64,000 nt of DNA from Octopus vulgaris (GCA_951406725.2 OX597819.1:55304001-55368000); one strand, 5' to 3'; numbered from the stretch's first letter, positions 26,820 through 39,388 are shown. The notes: a model not told the origin generated them from the letters alone. Made by a program: numbers and translations.

Positions 26820-27630
26820 ACAGACATCTCACTCCTAAGGGAATCTTGCATTACTTATAAACTCTATATTTGGAAGGACTAATATTAAACTGTTGGACTT
26901 TTGGATTTTACTCAAAGGATATTGGAATATTGCATATATACCATTATGCTTATAAAACGGATTTACAAATTCAATACCCATACATAGCTTACATCTATTT
27001 TCTTTCCTCCACCTGACTCTCTATTTTGTATCACATCTAAACTAACAATGATAATTTTCCTCTCACACCGTCTCCGATAAAGAGATATTATCAATTAATA
27101 TCTGGCCCCCGTGTCAGTGGCATGTAAAAGCACCATCCGTTCGTGCCCGTTGCCAGCCTCGCCTGGCCCCCGTGCCGGTGACACGTAAAAGCACCATCCG
27201 TTTCGTGGCCGTTTGCCAGCTTTGTCTGGCCCCCGTGTTGGTGGCACGTAAAAGCACCATCCGTTCGTGTCCGTTGCCAGCCTCGCCTGGCCCCGTGCCG
27301 GTGACACATAAAAGCACCATCCGTTCGTGGCCGTTTGCCAGCTCTGTCTGGCACCTGTGCAGGTGGCACGTAAAAGCACCCACTACACTCACGGAGTGGT
27401 TGGCGTTAGGAAGGGTATCCAGCCGTAGAAACACTGCCAGATCTGACTGGGCCTGATGAAGCCTTCCAGCTTCATAGACCCCAGTTGAACCGTCCAACCC
27501 ATGCTAGCATGGAGAACGGACGCTAAATGATGATGATGATGATGATGATCCTAGAAACAGCTGTAAGACCTTCTATCTATAAATGCTCTAATATCTATAC
27601 AGCCTTGGTTTTTTATCTTATGCAAAAAAT
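26820..27630 (+). mobile_element. Penelope-like 3'/pseudo-LTR fragment containing a minimal hammerhead motif, interrupted by a family C SINE
   Basis: Joining 27070-27102 to 27548-27569 gives GTCT-CCGATAA-AGAGATATTAtcaatTAATATCCTA-GAAA-CAGCTG-TA-AGAC. Confidence 0.65.
27101..27549 (+). mobile_element. Young 5'-truncated family C SINE with internal ~61-bp tandem units and (GAT)n tail
   Basis: CpG-rich. GGTGGCACGTAAAAGCACC and its variants occur five times. Nearly identical to 55431-56003. Confidence 0.9.
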
Positions 27631-27723
27631 TCATATCATCATCATCGTTTAACGTCCGTTTTCCGTGCTAGCAAAGCCTTGTAAGTGGATTTGGTAGACA
27701 GAAACTGAAAGAAGCCCGTCGTA

Positions 27724-27796
<73 letters not shown>

Positions 27797-28073
27797 ATAT
27801 CTTTGTGTCAGTGTTTGTCCCCCACCACAGCTTGACAACTGGAGTTGGTGTGTTTATGTCCCTATAACTTAGCAGTTCAGGAAAAAGAGAACGATAAAAT
27901 AAGTACCAGGCTTAAAATAAAAATAAGTATTGGGGGTTAGTTCATTCAATAAGAATTCTTCAAGGCGGTGCCCCAACATGACCGCAGTCTTCTGACTAAA
28001 ACAAGTAAAGAATAAAAGATCAAGTATTTTGGCAAAAACAATAGTATCACAAACTCCTATTTGCCCTCCTTAG

Positions 28074-29147
28074 CAGGGGTTTCCAAAATACTGGGTCACA
28101 GATCAGTGCTGGGACTATGGAGCATCTGGTACTGGACTACAAAAAAAAAATAAATAAAATGAAAAAGCTTTTAAATTTTATCTCTATTTTAAGGACTATC
28201 ACAATCTGTAGAGTGTTTTTACATTATAAATGTATTATATATGTATTATATATATTATATATGTATTATATATTTGAAGGCGCATGGCTCAGTGGTTAGA
28301 TCATTGAGCTTACAATCATGTTGTGTTCTTGTCATGTTGCATCAGTTTGCTCAGCTGTAGAAATGAAATGCGACATCACTGGTGCCAAGTTGTATCGGTG
28401 TTTGCCTTTCCCTTGGATAACATTGGTGGTATGCATGGGAGACTGCTGGTCTTCCATAAACAATCTTTTCTACTAAAATTTTGTAGGCCTAAAATTTTGG
28501 GGGAGGGGGTCAGTTGATTAGATTTGACCCCAGTATGCAACTGGTACTTAATTTAACAACCCTGAAAGGATGAAAGGCAAAGTCGACCTTGGGAGAATTT
28601 GAACTCAGAACGTAAAGACATGAAATACTGCTAAACATTTCGCCCAGGGTGCTAACATTTCTGCCAGCTCATCGTCTTTCCATACGCAGTCTTGCCCAGA
28701 CTTGTACCTCAGAGGGTAACTTTCTAGGTGCAATCTCATGGTCATTCATGACTGAAGAGGGTCTTTACCCTTTACTCTATGTATTATATAGGTTGAAGGC
28801 AGCAAGCTAGCAGAATCATTAGCACACCAGGCAAAAATGCTTAGAGGCATTTTGTCTATCTTTACATTCTGAGTTCAAATTCTGATGGGCTCAACTTTGC
28901 CTTTCATCCTTTCAGGGTTGATAGAATAAATACCAGTTGAGTACTGGGGTCAATATAATTGATTTAAACCCCCAACCAAAACTGCTAGCTGTGTACCAAA
29001 ATTTGAAACCAATACGAATTATATATGTAATAATTATATAGTATGCATCTTATTGTGTTTTATTATGTGCATGCAACCCAAGTCCATGGAAAAATTATTG
29101 TCTCACACGAAGCCAGTCCACAGTGCAGAAGAGGTTGGGTACTGCTG
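28074..29147. mobile_element. Old hAT (Charlie-like) element with three nested SINEs
   Basis: Ends CAGGGGTTTCCAAA and GTTGGGTACTGCTG. Internal SINEs lie at about 28277-28770 (itself split by a family B copy at 28467-28678) and 28796-29012. Confidence 0.55.
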
Positions 29148-29260
29148 ATCTTCTAGAAATAACAGCCAAATTTCCCTCAAACGACAATCCTATAACTTTT
29201 GAAAGAGAAAGAAATGCTTGCATTGAGGTTAATGTAGTCTGGGACAAGACTACATTAAAT

Positions 29261-29494
29261 AAGGCAGCGAGCTGGCAGAAACGTTAGCACGCCGGGCGAC
29301 ATGCTAAGCGGTATTTCATCGGCCGCTATGTTCTGAGTTCAAATTCTGCTGAGGTCGACTTTGCCTTTCATCCTTTCGGGGTCGATTAAATAAGTACCAG
29401 TTACGCACTGGGGTTGATATAATCGACTTAATCCATTTGTCTGTCCTTGTTTGCCCCCTCTGTATGTAGTCCCTTGTGGGCAGTAAATAAATAA
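29261..29494 (+). mobile_element. Full-length family B SINE (tRNA-like head, Meta/MESC-like core)
   Basis: Head AAGGCAGCGAGCTGGCAGAA, B box GAGTTCAAAT, core GTCGACTTTGCCTTTCATCCTTTCGGGGTCGA and an A-rich tail. Confidence 0.9.
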
Positions 29495-29886
29495 GACTAC
29501 ATTAACCTTAACCAAAGACAGCATGATCACCATCTTTGATCATAGCTCTGCTTGATCAGCACTAACATGGGAATAAACAACAAATAAACAAACAAACAAA
29601 GAAAAAACCACATTAACAATACTATCTTAATGATGAGAATGGAACGTAAATTATAGATCAGAAATATCCCAAAGTCTATTGAATAAGTTGCAGGAAGAAA
29701 AATCTTCCTACGCATTTCAACCATAGAACCAGTTAGTAATTATAGCAAATTACTTTGGGGTATTAAATTAGTTATCAATTCCAAGAATTGTCTGCAGCTT
29801 TCCTTTCTTTTGTACAAATTGCAATAAACTGAGTGCCGTGGAAATAGACTGACAGTCATTCTCTAGTGAAAAAGTATTTTATTTAT

Positions 29887-29939
<53 letters not shown>

Positions 29940-30421
29940 TGGCAAAATACGACCATCCCTAAGTATAACAATAATAATGATTACTTTTATTTGCCACCAG
30001 GATAAATAACTAGTAAAATTACCTCTACTACTATCACTACCACTATTTCCAGCGCCATCACCACCACCACTGCCACCACCACCACCACCGTCACCACCAC
30101 CATCACCACCACCGTCGTCACCACCACCACCACCATCGTAACCACCGCCACCACCGTCGTCACCACCACCACCACAACCCTACAACTACAATAGCCACCA
30201 CTGCTGCTACAACTGTTACTAACTCTGTCTCCACCACTATTCCTACCAGTATTCCTGCATTCCTGCAATAGGTTCAATATACAATAGATTGTTTAGAATA
30301 ATATATTGCAAGGTTTTTTATATATATATATATCACTGGAGATCAGAAAATGTGCGATCAAACATGTTCAGTCAATCTCTGTGTTTGACTATTCACTTGC
30401 AAACACATAAGTACAATTAAA

Positions 30422-31168
30422 CGATGATAGGTAGTCTACCAGTGTCAGCAATGAGAGCGCATGTGACACCGCAGTCCAAAGCTGGATGCACACAGGCACC
30501 CACAGATATCACAGTAATAGTCTTTTGACTGGATTAAGGCAGATGCTGCCCTCTGACATCTTCCTCTTGCAGCACTGAGATGCTGTTGCTGGTCCTCTTT
30601 GAAAGCAGCTGCTGCTTGTAAGGTGTGAGACTTCCACACCGATCTGTTTGTTGAAGAGGCTTTGAGTTCACATGGGCTAATGCTGCTCCATTTGAGGTTA
30701 TTTTTCAGTGTGTCTTTGTATCTCAGTTTAAGGTCTTCCTCGTTTGCATGAGCCCTGCGTGAGCTTGCCATACAACAGCTGTCTGGGCACACGGTTGTCG
30801 GTCATTCTGATGACATGGCTAATCCAGCATAACTGAGCCTTCGGCAACATTGACTCAATTCTTGTTGAACAAGCTCTGTCCAGCACCTCTTTGTAGCACA
30901 ATCTCAGCTGATGGATCATTGGACAGTGAAATTATATCCAGGATCCACAAGACTAGCCAAGCACTTGGAAGATTAAAAGTGAAAAGTCCTCCAGCAGAAA
31001 GGCATCAGACTATCAACAAAGGTCAAGATCTACAAGGTTGTAGTCATTTCTACACTACTCTATGGATGTCAAACATAGACCCCATAGCACAGGCACATCA
31101 AATAGCTGGAACAGTTTCACACAAGGCCACTGTGCAGGATCATATGCATTCACTGGCAGGACAGCATG
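30422..31168 (-). mobile_element. 5'-truncated RTE LINE with inverted 5' segment
   Basis: Minus strand 30893-30445 reads KEVLDRACSTRIESML...RVPRQLLYGKL...CDICGCLCASSFGLRCHMRSH. Plus strand 30894-31168 reads STISADGSLDSEIISRI...TLLYGCQT...IHWQD. Possible TSD acaattaaa / acagttaaa. Confidence 0.85.
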
Positions 31169-31459
31169 ACAGTTAAATAATCAACATTCAAAGTGTGTGT
31201 TTTAAATATGTTTCCTTATCCATAAAGGTGTATGAACACTAAGGCTTTTATCAAGCTTATACCATTGGTTTCATATAGTCTCAGTGATTATAGTCAGTAT
31301 AAGAGATAGAACTGTGTGAAACAGAGTAATTACATCAAAATCCTAATTAACCAATATTAATCACTTTTCTCCAGATGTGTATCAAGCACTTTTACAGTTC
31401 TTTACAAATACACACACACACACACACATGGTTTGTTCACTGGGAGTTATTATATGTGA

Positions 31460-31492
<33 letters not shown>

Positions 31493-32195
31493 AAGAGAGA
31501 GAGGGAGATGCTGCTCAAGTGGGGAGAATCACTTCTACATATTCTTTTTCCCCTTATGTTGAGAAATCATTACCAAAGAGTGAAAAGAGCATCCATGTTT
31601 CTTCATATAATTCTTTTATTAGAATCATTACTGCACCAGGCAAAATGCTTAGTTGCATTTCATCTGTCTTTACATTCTGAGTTCAAATCCTATTGAGGTC
31701 AACTTTGCCTTTCGTCCTTTTGGGATTGATAAAATAGGTACTTGTGGAGCAAAATTGCTAGCCTTGTGTCGAAATTTGAAACCATTATTACAGTAGTAGT
31801 GGATGGCAACATTTTGCCCAAGTTCTGGATTCAATGGAACCCCAGTTTATGAATGTTTCATATTATGAACAAATCAGTTTACAAACAATTTTTCTAACAT
31901 AAAATATCTCGGGTGACAAACAGTATCTTGAATAACAAACACGCAAGCTGGCAATGTTTGGTAACAAGCTGGGAGTATCAGCAGGAGAACATCAGTTGCT
32001 GTCTAGCTTCTTCTTAGTGCACATGCCATCTCGAATTCGCTGTGCCTACTCTTCAATTTACTGTGGGGGAAATAGTTTCAGTTTACAAACATATATAATA
32101 AGGAAAAAAATAAGAAAAAGACATCACATAATTAAAAAAAAAAATTATAAGCCCTGAGTGGTTCTCTCCCCTTAAGGGAAATTTCTCCCTCCCTT

Positions 32196-32436
32196 CTATT
32201 TCTTATTTCTTTATTGCCCATAAGGGGCTAAACATAGAGGGGACAAACAAGGACAGACAAAGTGATTAAGTCGATTACATCAACCCAAGTGCGTAACTGG
32301 TACTTAATTTATCGATCCCGAAGGGATGAAAGGCAAAGTCGACCTCGGTGGAATTTGAACTCAGAATGTAACAGCAGATAAAATACCGCTACGCATTTCG
32401 CCCAGCATGCTAAGGTTTCTGCTAGCTCACCGCCTT
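32196..32436 (-). mobile_element. Family B SINE
   Basis: Reverse complement of the 29261-29494 type. Flanked by the direct repeat ttctatttcttat. Confidence 0.85.
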
Positions 32437-32677
32437 CTTTCTATTTCTTATCAAATTCTCTTTCGCTCCACCTCTTACTCTGAAAGCAACCATAGGTGGC
32501 AGGACCAACAGTATCAGTCAATATTGCCATGATTAATAATGAATTCTTGTATATTCCAAAAATTCCATCTCTCATTTACCATACATATATAAATTTATTC
32601 AATTTCAGTATTAAAGCTATGCATAATATTGCGGAAGTACATGTGCTGCATGCATTCCTACAACAACGTTTTCTTTA

Positions 32678-33062
32678 TCTCTCTATATATAAACGGCAGT
32701 TTGTCTGTGCGTTTTCTGTGTGTCTGTTTTCTCGTACCCTCACTCTGACCACGGCTTTCAACCGATTCTGATGAAACTTGACACACACATAGCCTAATGT
32801 CATAATTCAAAACTAACGCAGCGAAAATTTTGAAAAGTTCCCCCAGTTCTGAAAAAAATCGATAAATTCGACATGGGATCGAGAATCAGAAACCCAAACC
32901 ACAGACCGTCTAGGGGACGCAACTCCACCTTTTTTAACTCTCAAAAAAAAATTTACCATCATTTTTTTTCCATTTTTTGGCTATTTTTTGGCTATAACTC
33001 TCTAAAAATGCTTTATAGTTATTTCCCTTACAAACCTGAGCAACGCCGGGCGATACTGCTAG
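32678..33062 (+). mobile_element. Non-autonomous Helitron, complete
   Basis: A|TCTCTCTATATATAAA start, subterminal GC hairpin CCTGAGCAACGCCGGG (33035-33050) and CTAG|T end. No TSD, as expected for a Helitron. Confidence 0.9.
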
Positions 33063-33564
33063 TGCGCTATAAAGGCAGAAGTAAATCTGACTCCAACTCA
33101 GTCAAGCGTCTGTGTTTTGCTTATTTTTTTGTGTTTTACTACATAAACGTTACCAACTGCCTACCCTGAGTAATTACTGACAGCATGTGCCTGATCATCA
33201 TACCCATATATCATCATCATCATCCTCATTGTCATGCCTTCTATGCCTGCATGAGTCAGATGAAGTTCCTTGCGGCAAATTCCCAAGTAAGGACATGGTA
33301 GATTATAAACAAATGTTACTACTTGTATGAGGGTTGCACTTACTTGCATACATAACATGATATGGAGACAAAGGAGATAAACACAGATACATGTAAATGC
33401 ACAACAGGCCTCTTTCAGTCTCTGTCTACCAAATCCATTCACAAGGATTTGATCAGTTTGGAGCTATATTAGAAGACATTTGGCTAAGTTGTCACACAGT
33501 GGGACTGAACCTAAACCATGTGGCTAGGACACAAACTTCTTAACTACACTGTCATACCTGAACC

Positions 33565-33601
<37 letters not shown>

Positions 33602-33811
33602 TCTTTTACTTGTTTCAGTCATTTTGACTGCTGCCATGCTGGAGCACAGCTTTTAGTTGAGCAAATCGACCCTCAGGATAATCTTTGTAAGCCTGGTACT
33701 TATTCTATTGGTCACTTTTGCTGAAATGCTAAGTTACGGGGACATAAAAACTACAACATTGTTTGTCAAACGATGGCAGGGGGACAAACACAGACACAAA
33801 TACACAAAAAT

Positions 33812-34030
33812 GTATGTTTGGGCATAACTACAATTTGGTGTACCTGCCTTGACCTCGTGTGTACCGTTGGCGATTTTTTTCCCTCTGTCTTCCCTTCTCT
33901 GGATCTTTCCGACAAAGAGCTCCGCTCGAAACGTTAAACCCTCCTTCTTTCCTGAGCATCCAATAATACTATATTTGTTCCACGTCCTCGTGTTGTTGTG
34001 TTTTTTTGTGCTTTCTTGTTTGGATTAACC

Positions 34031-34032
<2 letters not shown>
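33812..34032 (+). mobile_element. Penelope-like pseudo-LTR fragment with degenerate minimal hammerhead motif, inserted in the microsatellite of a family A SINE
   Basis: CCGACAA-A-GAGC-tcc-GCTC-GAAA-CGTTAAAC at 33909-33939. The SINE halves are at 33600-33810 and 34087-34230. Confidence 0.6.
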
Positions 34033-34083
<51 letters not shown>

Positions 34084-34230
34084 GATGTCTACCAAATGCA
34101 CTCACAAGGCTTTGGTTGGCCCGAAGCTATAGTAGAAGACACTTGCCCAAGGTGCCATGCAGTGGGACTGAAGTCAGAACCATGTGGTTGGGAAGCAAGC
34201 TTCTTACTACACAGTCACTCCTGCACGCCT

Positions 34231-34257
<27 letters not shown>

Positions 34258-34263
<6 letters not shown>

Positions 34264-35789
34264 GGTAAACGTTAAAAAAACACAAACTGGGACAAGAACG
34301 TGAAACATTTTGAAGACGGCAAAAAAACACACAGACGGGACTTTCAAAGCTCTCAGTCATCAGTCAAGAACCAGATCATCTTCGCAATTTCGGCTGATTA
34401 ATCTTGAGATTGCTCCAATCTGGGCAGCCAACCAAGGGAAATCTAAGCCAATCGCATTAGATTCCTTGGAAGAAAACCTCGAAAGTATACAACACGGTGA
34501 CGGAAAAACGGACGATGTTACTCGAAAAAAAAAAAATTCAAAAATACGTAAAAACAATAAAGAAAGCACGGATAAAAATACAAAATAACGTAAAAACAAT
34601 CATAACAAAACCAGGACGTCAGGACAAGCGTCTTTCGACAGGACGAGTTGAGTATAGGGCTGGCTGTGGTAAAAATGCCTGAAGGCAAACGGAGCACAAA
34701 CACATACGTGTGGTCAAGCCAACTACTTGATGTGAAAGGCAGTAGTAGCTAGCTGGTCATGTGAGCACAAAAAGGAGGAAGGGACAGATGAAGAGAGAAG
34801 CAGGAGAGGGAAAGGGACAGGTCAAGTGGGGTATAAGGTCTGAGAGGCAGAGAAATGTGGGAGAGGAGGGACGGAGGAAGAGAGAAAGAAAGAAGGGGAA
34901 CAAGGGAGGAGAAGAAAAAGAGGGAAAGAGACAGAACAAGGGGAGTGAAAAGGGTGCAGGCAGAGAAAAGTAGGAGAGGGGGAAAAAGAGACAGAGTAGT
35001 AGAGTCGTACCAAAGTTAGAGAGTAATATACTTACAGTATAGGGTTAAAGGGTAGGGTACGTAGCCGCCATGTATATAGGTAAACGTTAAAAAAACACAA
35101 ACTGGGACAAGAACGGGAAACATTTTGAAGACGGCAAAAAAACACACAGACGGGACTTTCGAAGCTCTCAGTCATCAGTCAAGAACCAGATCATCTTCGC
35201 AATTTCGGCTGATTAATCTTGAGATTGCTCCAATCTGGGCAGCCAACCAAGGGAAATCTAAGCCAATCGCATTAGATTCCTTGGAAGAAAACCTCGAAAG
35301 TATACAACACGGTGACGGAAAAACGGACGATGTTACTCGAAAAAAAAAAAATTCAAAAATATGTAAAAACAATAAAGAAAGCACGGATAAAAATACAAAA
35401 TAACGTAAAAACAATATGATTGTTTTTACGTTATTTTGTATTTTTATCCGTGCTTTCTTTATTGTTTTTACGTATTTTTGAATTTTTTTTTTTTTCGAGT
35501 AACATCGCCCGTTTTTCCGTCACCGTGTTGTATACTTTCGAGGTTTTCTTCCAAGGAATCTAATGCGATTGGCTTAGATTCCCCTTGGTTGGCTGCCCAG
35601 ATTGGAGCAATCTCAAGATTAATCAGCCGAAATTGCGAAGATGATCTGGTTCTTGACTGATGACTGAGAGCTTCGAAAGTCCCGTCTGTGTGTTTTTTTG
35701 CCGTCTTCAAAATGTTTCACGTTCTTGTCCCAGTTTGTGTTTTTTTAACGTTTACCTATATACATGGCGGCTACGTACCCTACCCTTTA

Positions 35790-35797
<8 letters not shown>
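34258..35797. mobile_element. Young Penelope-like insertion: partial tandem plus inverted pseudo-LTR, embedded in (TA)n
   Basis: A ~340-bp segment occurs three times: 34258-34600, 35073-35415 and, inverted, 35416-35762. Palindrome arms are 35038-35415 and 35419-35797. TA microsatellite on both flanks. No RT ORF, so the class is inferred from architecture. Confidence 0.7.
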
Positions 35798-35862
<65 letters not shown>

Positions 35863-36878
35863 TCGATGATGATACCACATATACACACACACACACACAC
35901 TTTCATGCACAATTATTAAACTAATGCATATGATTATGTGAACATGACCCCTCAATAGAGAGTTTAATGCCTTATCTACTTCCCTCTTTATAAATCCCTC
36001 ACAAGAATTTATAAAGAGGGAAGCACCCATCCACTCTGTAAAGTGGTTGGCATTAGGAAGGGCATTCAACCATTAAAAAAACCCATGCCAAAAGAGACAG
36101 TGAAGGCTGGAGCAGTTCTCTGGCTAGCCAGCTCCTGTCAAACCATGAATTACATACCAGTGTGGAAAATGGATGTTAAATGATGATGATGGTACTGCAT
36201 TCAGGTATGGCCAACGTCTACTTAACCAACATGATATATCTTGTAAAACATACCCAAAAAGAAGGCAACGGGGAAGTTAGCTTAGAATTTGTCAGTGACA
36301 GTGCCATGGCAAGTATGTGACACTTATTATGGTAGTCATCAGGGATCTTTCATCAACTTAAAGGCACAAGAAGTCAACGGTTAAATATGTTAATTTATGT
36401 ATCATTCTGTCATGCAAATGGCATCAGGGAATTATTGACTGATGTCACAACCTCTACAGTGTTCTCTGTACAAGGTATATCTTGCTTGAGTATGTGAATT
36501 GGTCTTAGACCAGGCTGAAAAGCATCGTATCTTGGTCCTGCATCTACGAACTGTTATTCAATACACAGTTGGTTAACTTCATATCATATATCTTTTGTAT
36601 AACACTGAACTACTCAATTACAACAATTCCTTTTGTATTTTTGTTGTTAAAAATATCTGTTCTTTTTAATGAAATAGTTTGTTGGGATTTTTCTTATTCC
36701 ATTTTTTACTTTTCTTTTCATTCATTTTCACACTGAATTCTCCCTGGGGCATTTACATCTAAAGCTGGGGCTTTATTACTGATGACAACTACCATCTGCC
36801 ACAACACATAATTATGGTTATATTTTACATCATTAGAACATACCAAAATTAAATATAAGATGGAAAACAATGCAGTAC

Positions 36879-36908
36879 CGAAAGAGGAGGAGGGGGAAGA
36901 TGAGGTAG
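36879..36908 (-). CDS. Weak candidate 30-nt microexon
   Basis: attattgctttcttttaag|CTACCTCATCTTCCCCCTCCTCCTCTTTCG|gtactg is open in all three frames. The donor is weak. Confidence 0.2.
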
Positions 36909-37849
36909 CTTAAAAGAAAGCAATAATATAAAAGTTTTCTTCAACAACAAGTGAATTTTAAAAATAGTAAAAAAAAAAAAACAAATAACAAACTACAAAA
37001 GGGAAAAAAATGGCATGTTTTTCAAAATTTGCTGAAGCATACATATAATTTTAGATAAATAACAATGACTTGAAGATATTTTAATTCATAATCTTCTGCA
37101 CTGCCCAAAGAGATAACATGAAATTTTCCCCCCTCAAAACAAAATTTTCATTTTAATATATGCAAATTAGATTAATTATTGGGTTTTCTGTTTACTGAAG
37201 CATCTTTTCTTGTTGGCGCCATAAACTAGTTTACATGTTAAACATTCTTCCTTCATTTCTTGAAGAAAGGAAGTGATGAGAAATATAATACCTAAAAAAG
37301 GGGAATGCTATACTTATTAACATTTTCTGCTAACAGCATTTCAGTTTTTGAGTTCAATGTTTTACATAGTTCTACAGATCTCTTCATTCATTTCTCTGTC
37401 ACATGCTTGCCATGGAAACTGTCACTGGAGAATACAAAGGTAACTTTCCATGTTGCCATCTATCGAGTATTTTTTACAAGATACATCTTGTTAGTTAAGT
37501 GGACAAGTTGGACATACCTGAATAATGATGATGATGATGTGCCGCTACCGCCATCACCACCACCACCATCATCATCATCATTTAACATCCATTTCCTACA
37601 ATGGCATGAATTGGATGGTTTGATAGGAGTTGGCAAACCAGAGGACGGCACCAAGCTCCACTGTCTCTCTTGGCATGGTTTATACAGCTGGAGGCCCTTC
37701 CTAACATTAAGCATTGGGGTCAGTGTAATCAACTTACCCCCGTCCCCTAAATTGCTGGCCTTGTGCTAAAATTTGAAACCTATGTTATGTAACATATTGT
37801 GTCATATACAACGCTATATATTTTTTTTGTTTTATTTTCATATACGCGC

Positions 37850-37857
37850 GGTGTCAC

Positions 37858-37892
<35 letters not shown>

Positions 37893-37923
37893 ATGTGGTG
37901 TCGGTTCTCCCTCTGTTTTCACT

Positions 37924-37958
<35 letters not shown>

Positions 37959-38670
37959 GGTATATATCTCACCTTCACTCGCTTCCACAGGCTTAGCCAA
38001 TACCGCAGGATGAAAAACATCAAGCTAAGTTCCCAACCTGTTTCCTCTTTTCATTGTTTTTGCAAGCCTTATTATTATTGTATCCCCATCTAATAGCGTT
38101 ATCGTTGTCTTTCGTCTCAAATGCTAGCTGAAGCATAAAAACTTTTACTCACAAAAACTTATTCACACCACCGCAAAGCATTTCATCTCAATCCTGTCTT
38201 CTTTCTGCCGCCTAAAACCTCATCTTCTCCCAAAAACCTCATCTTCTCCCAATGCGCAGTGCGCCCGCCCTCCCACCCCCACCACCAATACCGGTGAACA
38301 CTGTTCTCACCATCTACACCGGATACTCCCTCTTATGTTTCTCTATCTGTCTAACTATTTATCAAATTTCTCTATCTATCTATCTATCTATCTTCATTCG
38401 TCTAAAATCAAACTTCGTATCTTCGCGGTGCACCCGCCCTGCCCACCCCCACCACCAATACCGGATATCTCTATATTTTGCTCCATCTATACCGGATGTC
38501 ACTTCTCCCACCACCATTATAGGTGTCTACTCTTCGAACCCCCTCTTCAATACGCTATTTCACCATGCATTACCCCTCTCTCGATATCCTACGTTCTACT
38601 TGCCTAGAACCTGTCATCATTTCTCTGAACCACCCCTCCCCACTGGTGCTCCCCTATATTTCTGCACCCC
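37850..38670 (+). mobile_element. Possible Penelope-like remnant, pyrimidine-rich, with internal duplication
   Basis: CCGCCCT.CCCACCCCCACCACCAATACCGG is duplicated near 38264 and 38434. A CTTAGC...GCTAAG stem at 37992-38029 encloses a decayed hammerhead-like stretch. Confidence 0.35.
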
Positions 38671-38671
38671 C

Positions 38672-38922
38672 CCACACATAAAAAGCACCATTCGAACGTG
38701 GCCGATGCCAGACCCCTCTGGCACCTGTGCAGGTGGCACGTAAAAAACACCCACTACACTCGCGGAGTGGTTGGCGTTAGGAAGGGCATCCAGCTGTAGA
38801 AACACTGCCAGACTAGACTGGAGCCTGGGGCAGTCCCGAGCTCCCCAGACCCCGGTCGAAACCGTCCAACCCGTGCTAGCGCGGAAAACGGACGTTAAAC
38901 GATGATGATGATGATGATGATG
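38672..38922 (+). mobile_element. Family C SINE, 3' part
   Basis: GGTGGCACGTAAAAAACACCCACTACACTC...GGACGTTAAAC followed by (GAT)n. Confidence 0.9.
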
Positions 38923-39388
38923 AAAGGTAAATTAGGATTGTGAACTGACATAAAAGTGCAGAATATTTTGAAATGATATTAAGAAACACTGAGAGACACA
39001 GACAAACAGACAGACAAAACATATACATAATAATTACTTGGCCTACTAATGTAGCAACAAATTCTCTTTCAACTAGCTTCCTTTGTAATATACTATAAAA
39101 TTAGAACTAAAAGTATTATTCATTTATACTAAGAACTTATACTAAGAACTTATACTAAGAACAAATGCAGCATGAAAGAACAAGGACACATCTTGAATGG
39201 TTGACATGATAATCCTGTTGATGATAGAAGAATTGGGGATGGTGATAGCGATAATGAGCAACAGTGCAAATATTGCTAAAATTCAGATCAGCTTTCATGG
39301 CTTCTGATCTTAACTGATTGGAAGTGTTAACACGTACATGTTTCATTATGGTATAAAAGATGGGCTCCACCAAATATTCTGTGCAATT

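Noticed and set aside
34310-34588. 92-aa ORF repeated in three copies
   Set aside because: It starts at TTG, has no recognisable domain and simply reflects the repeated segment.
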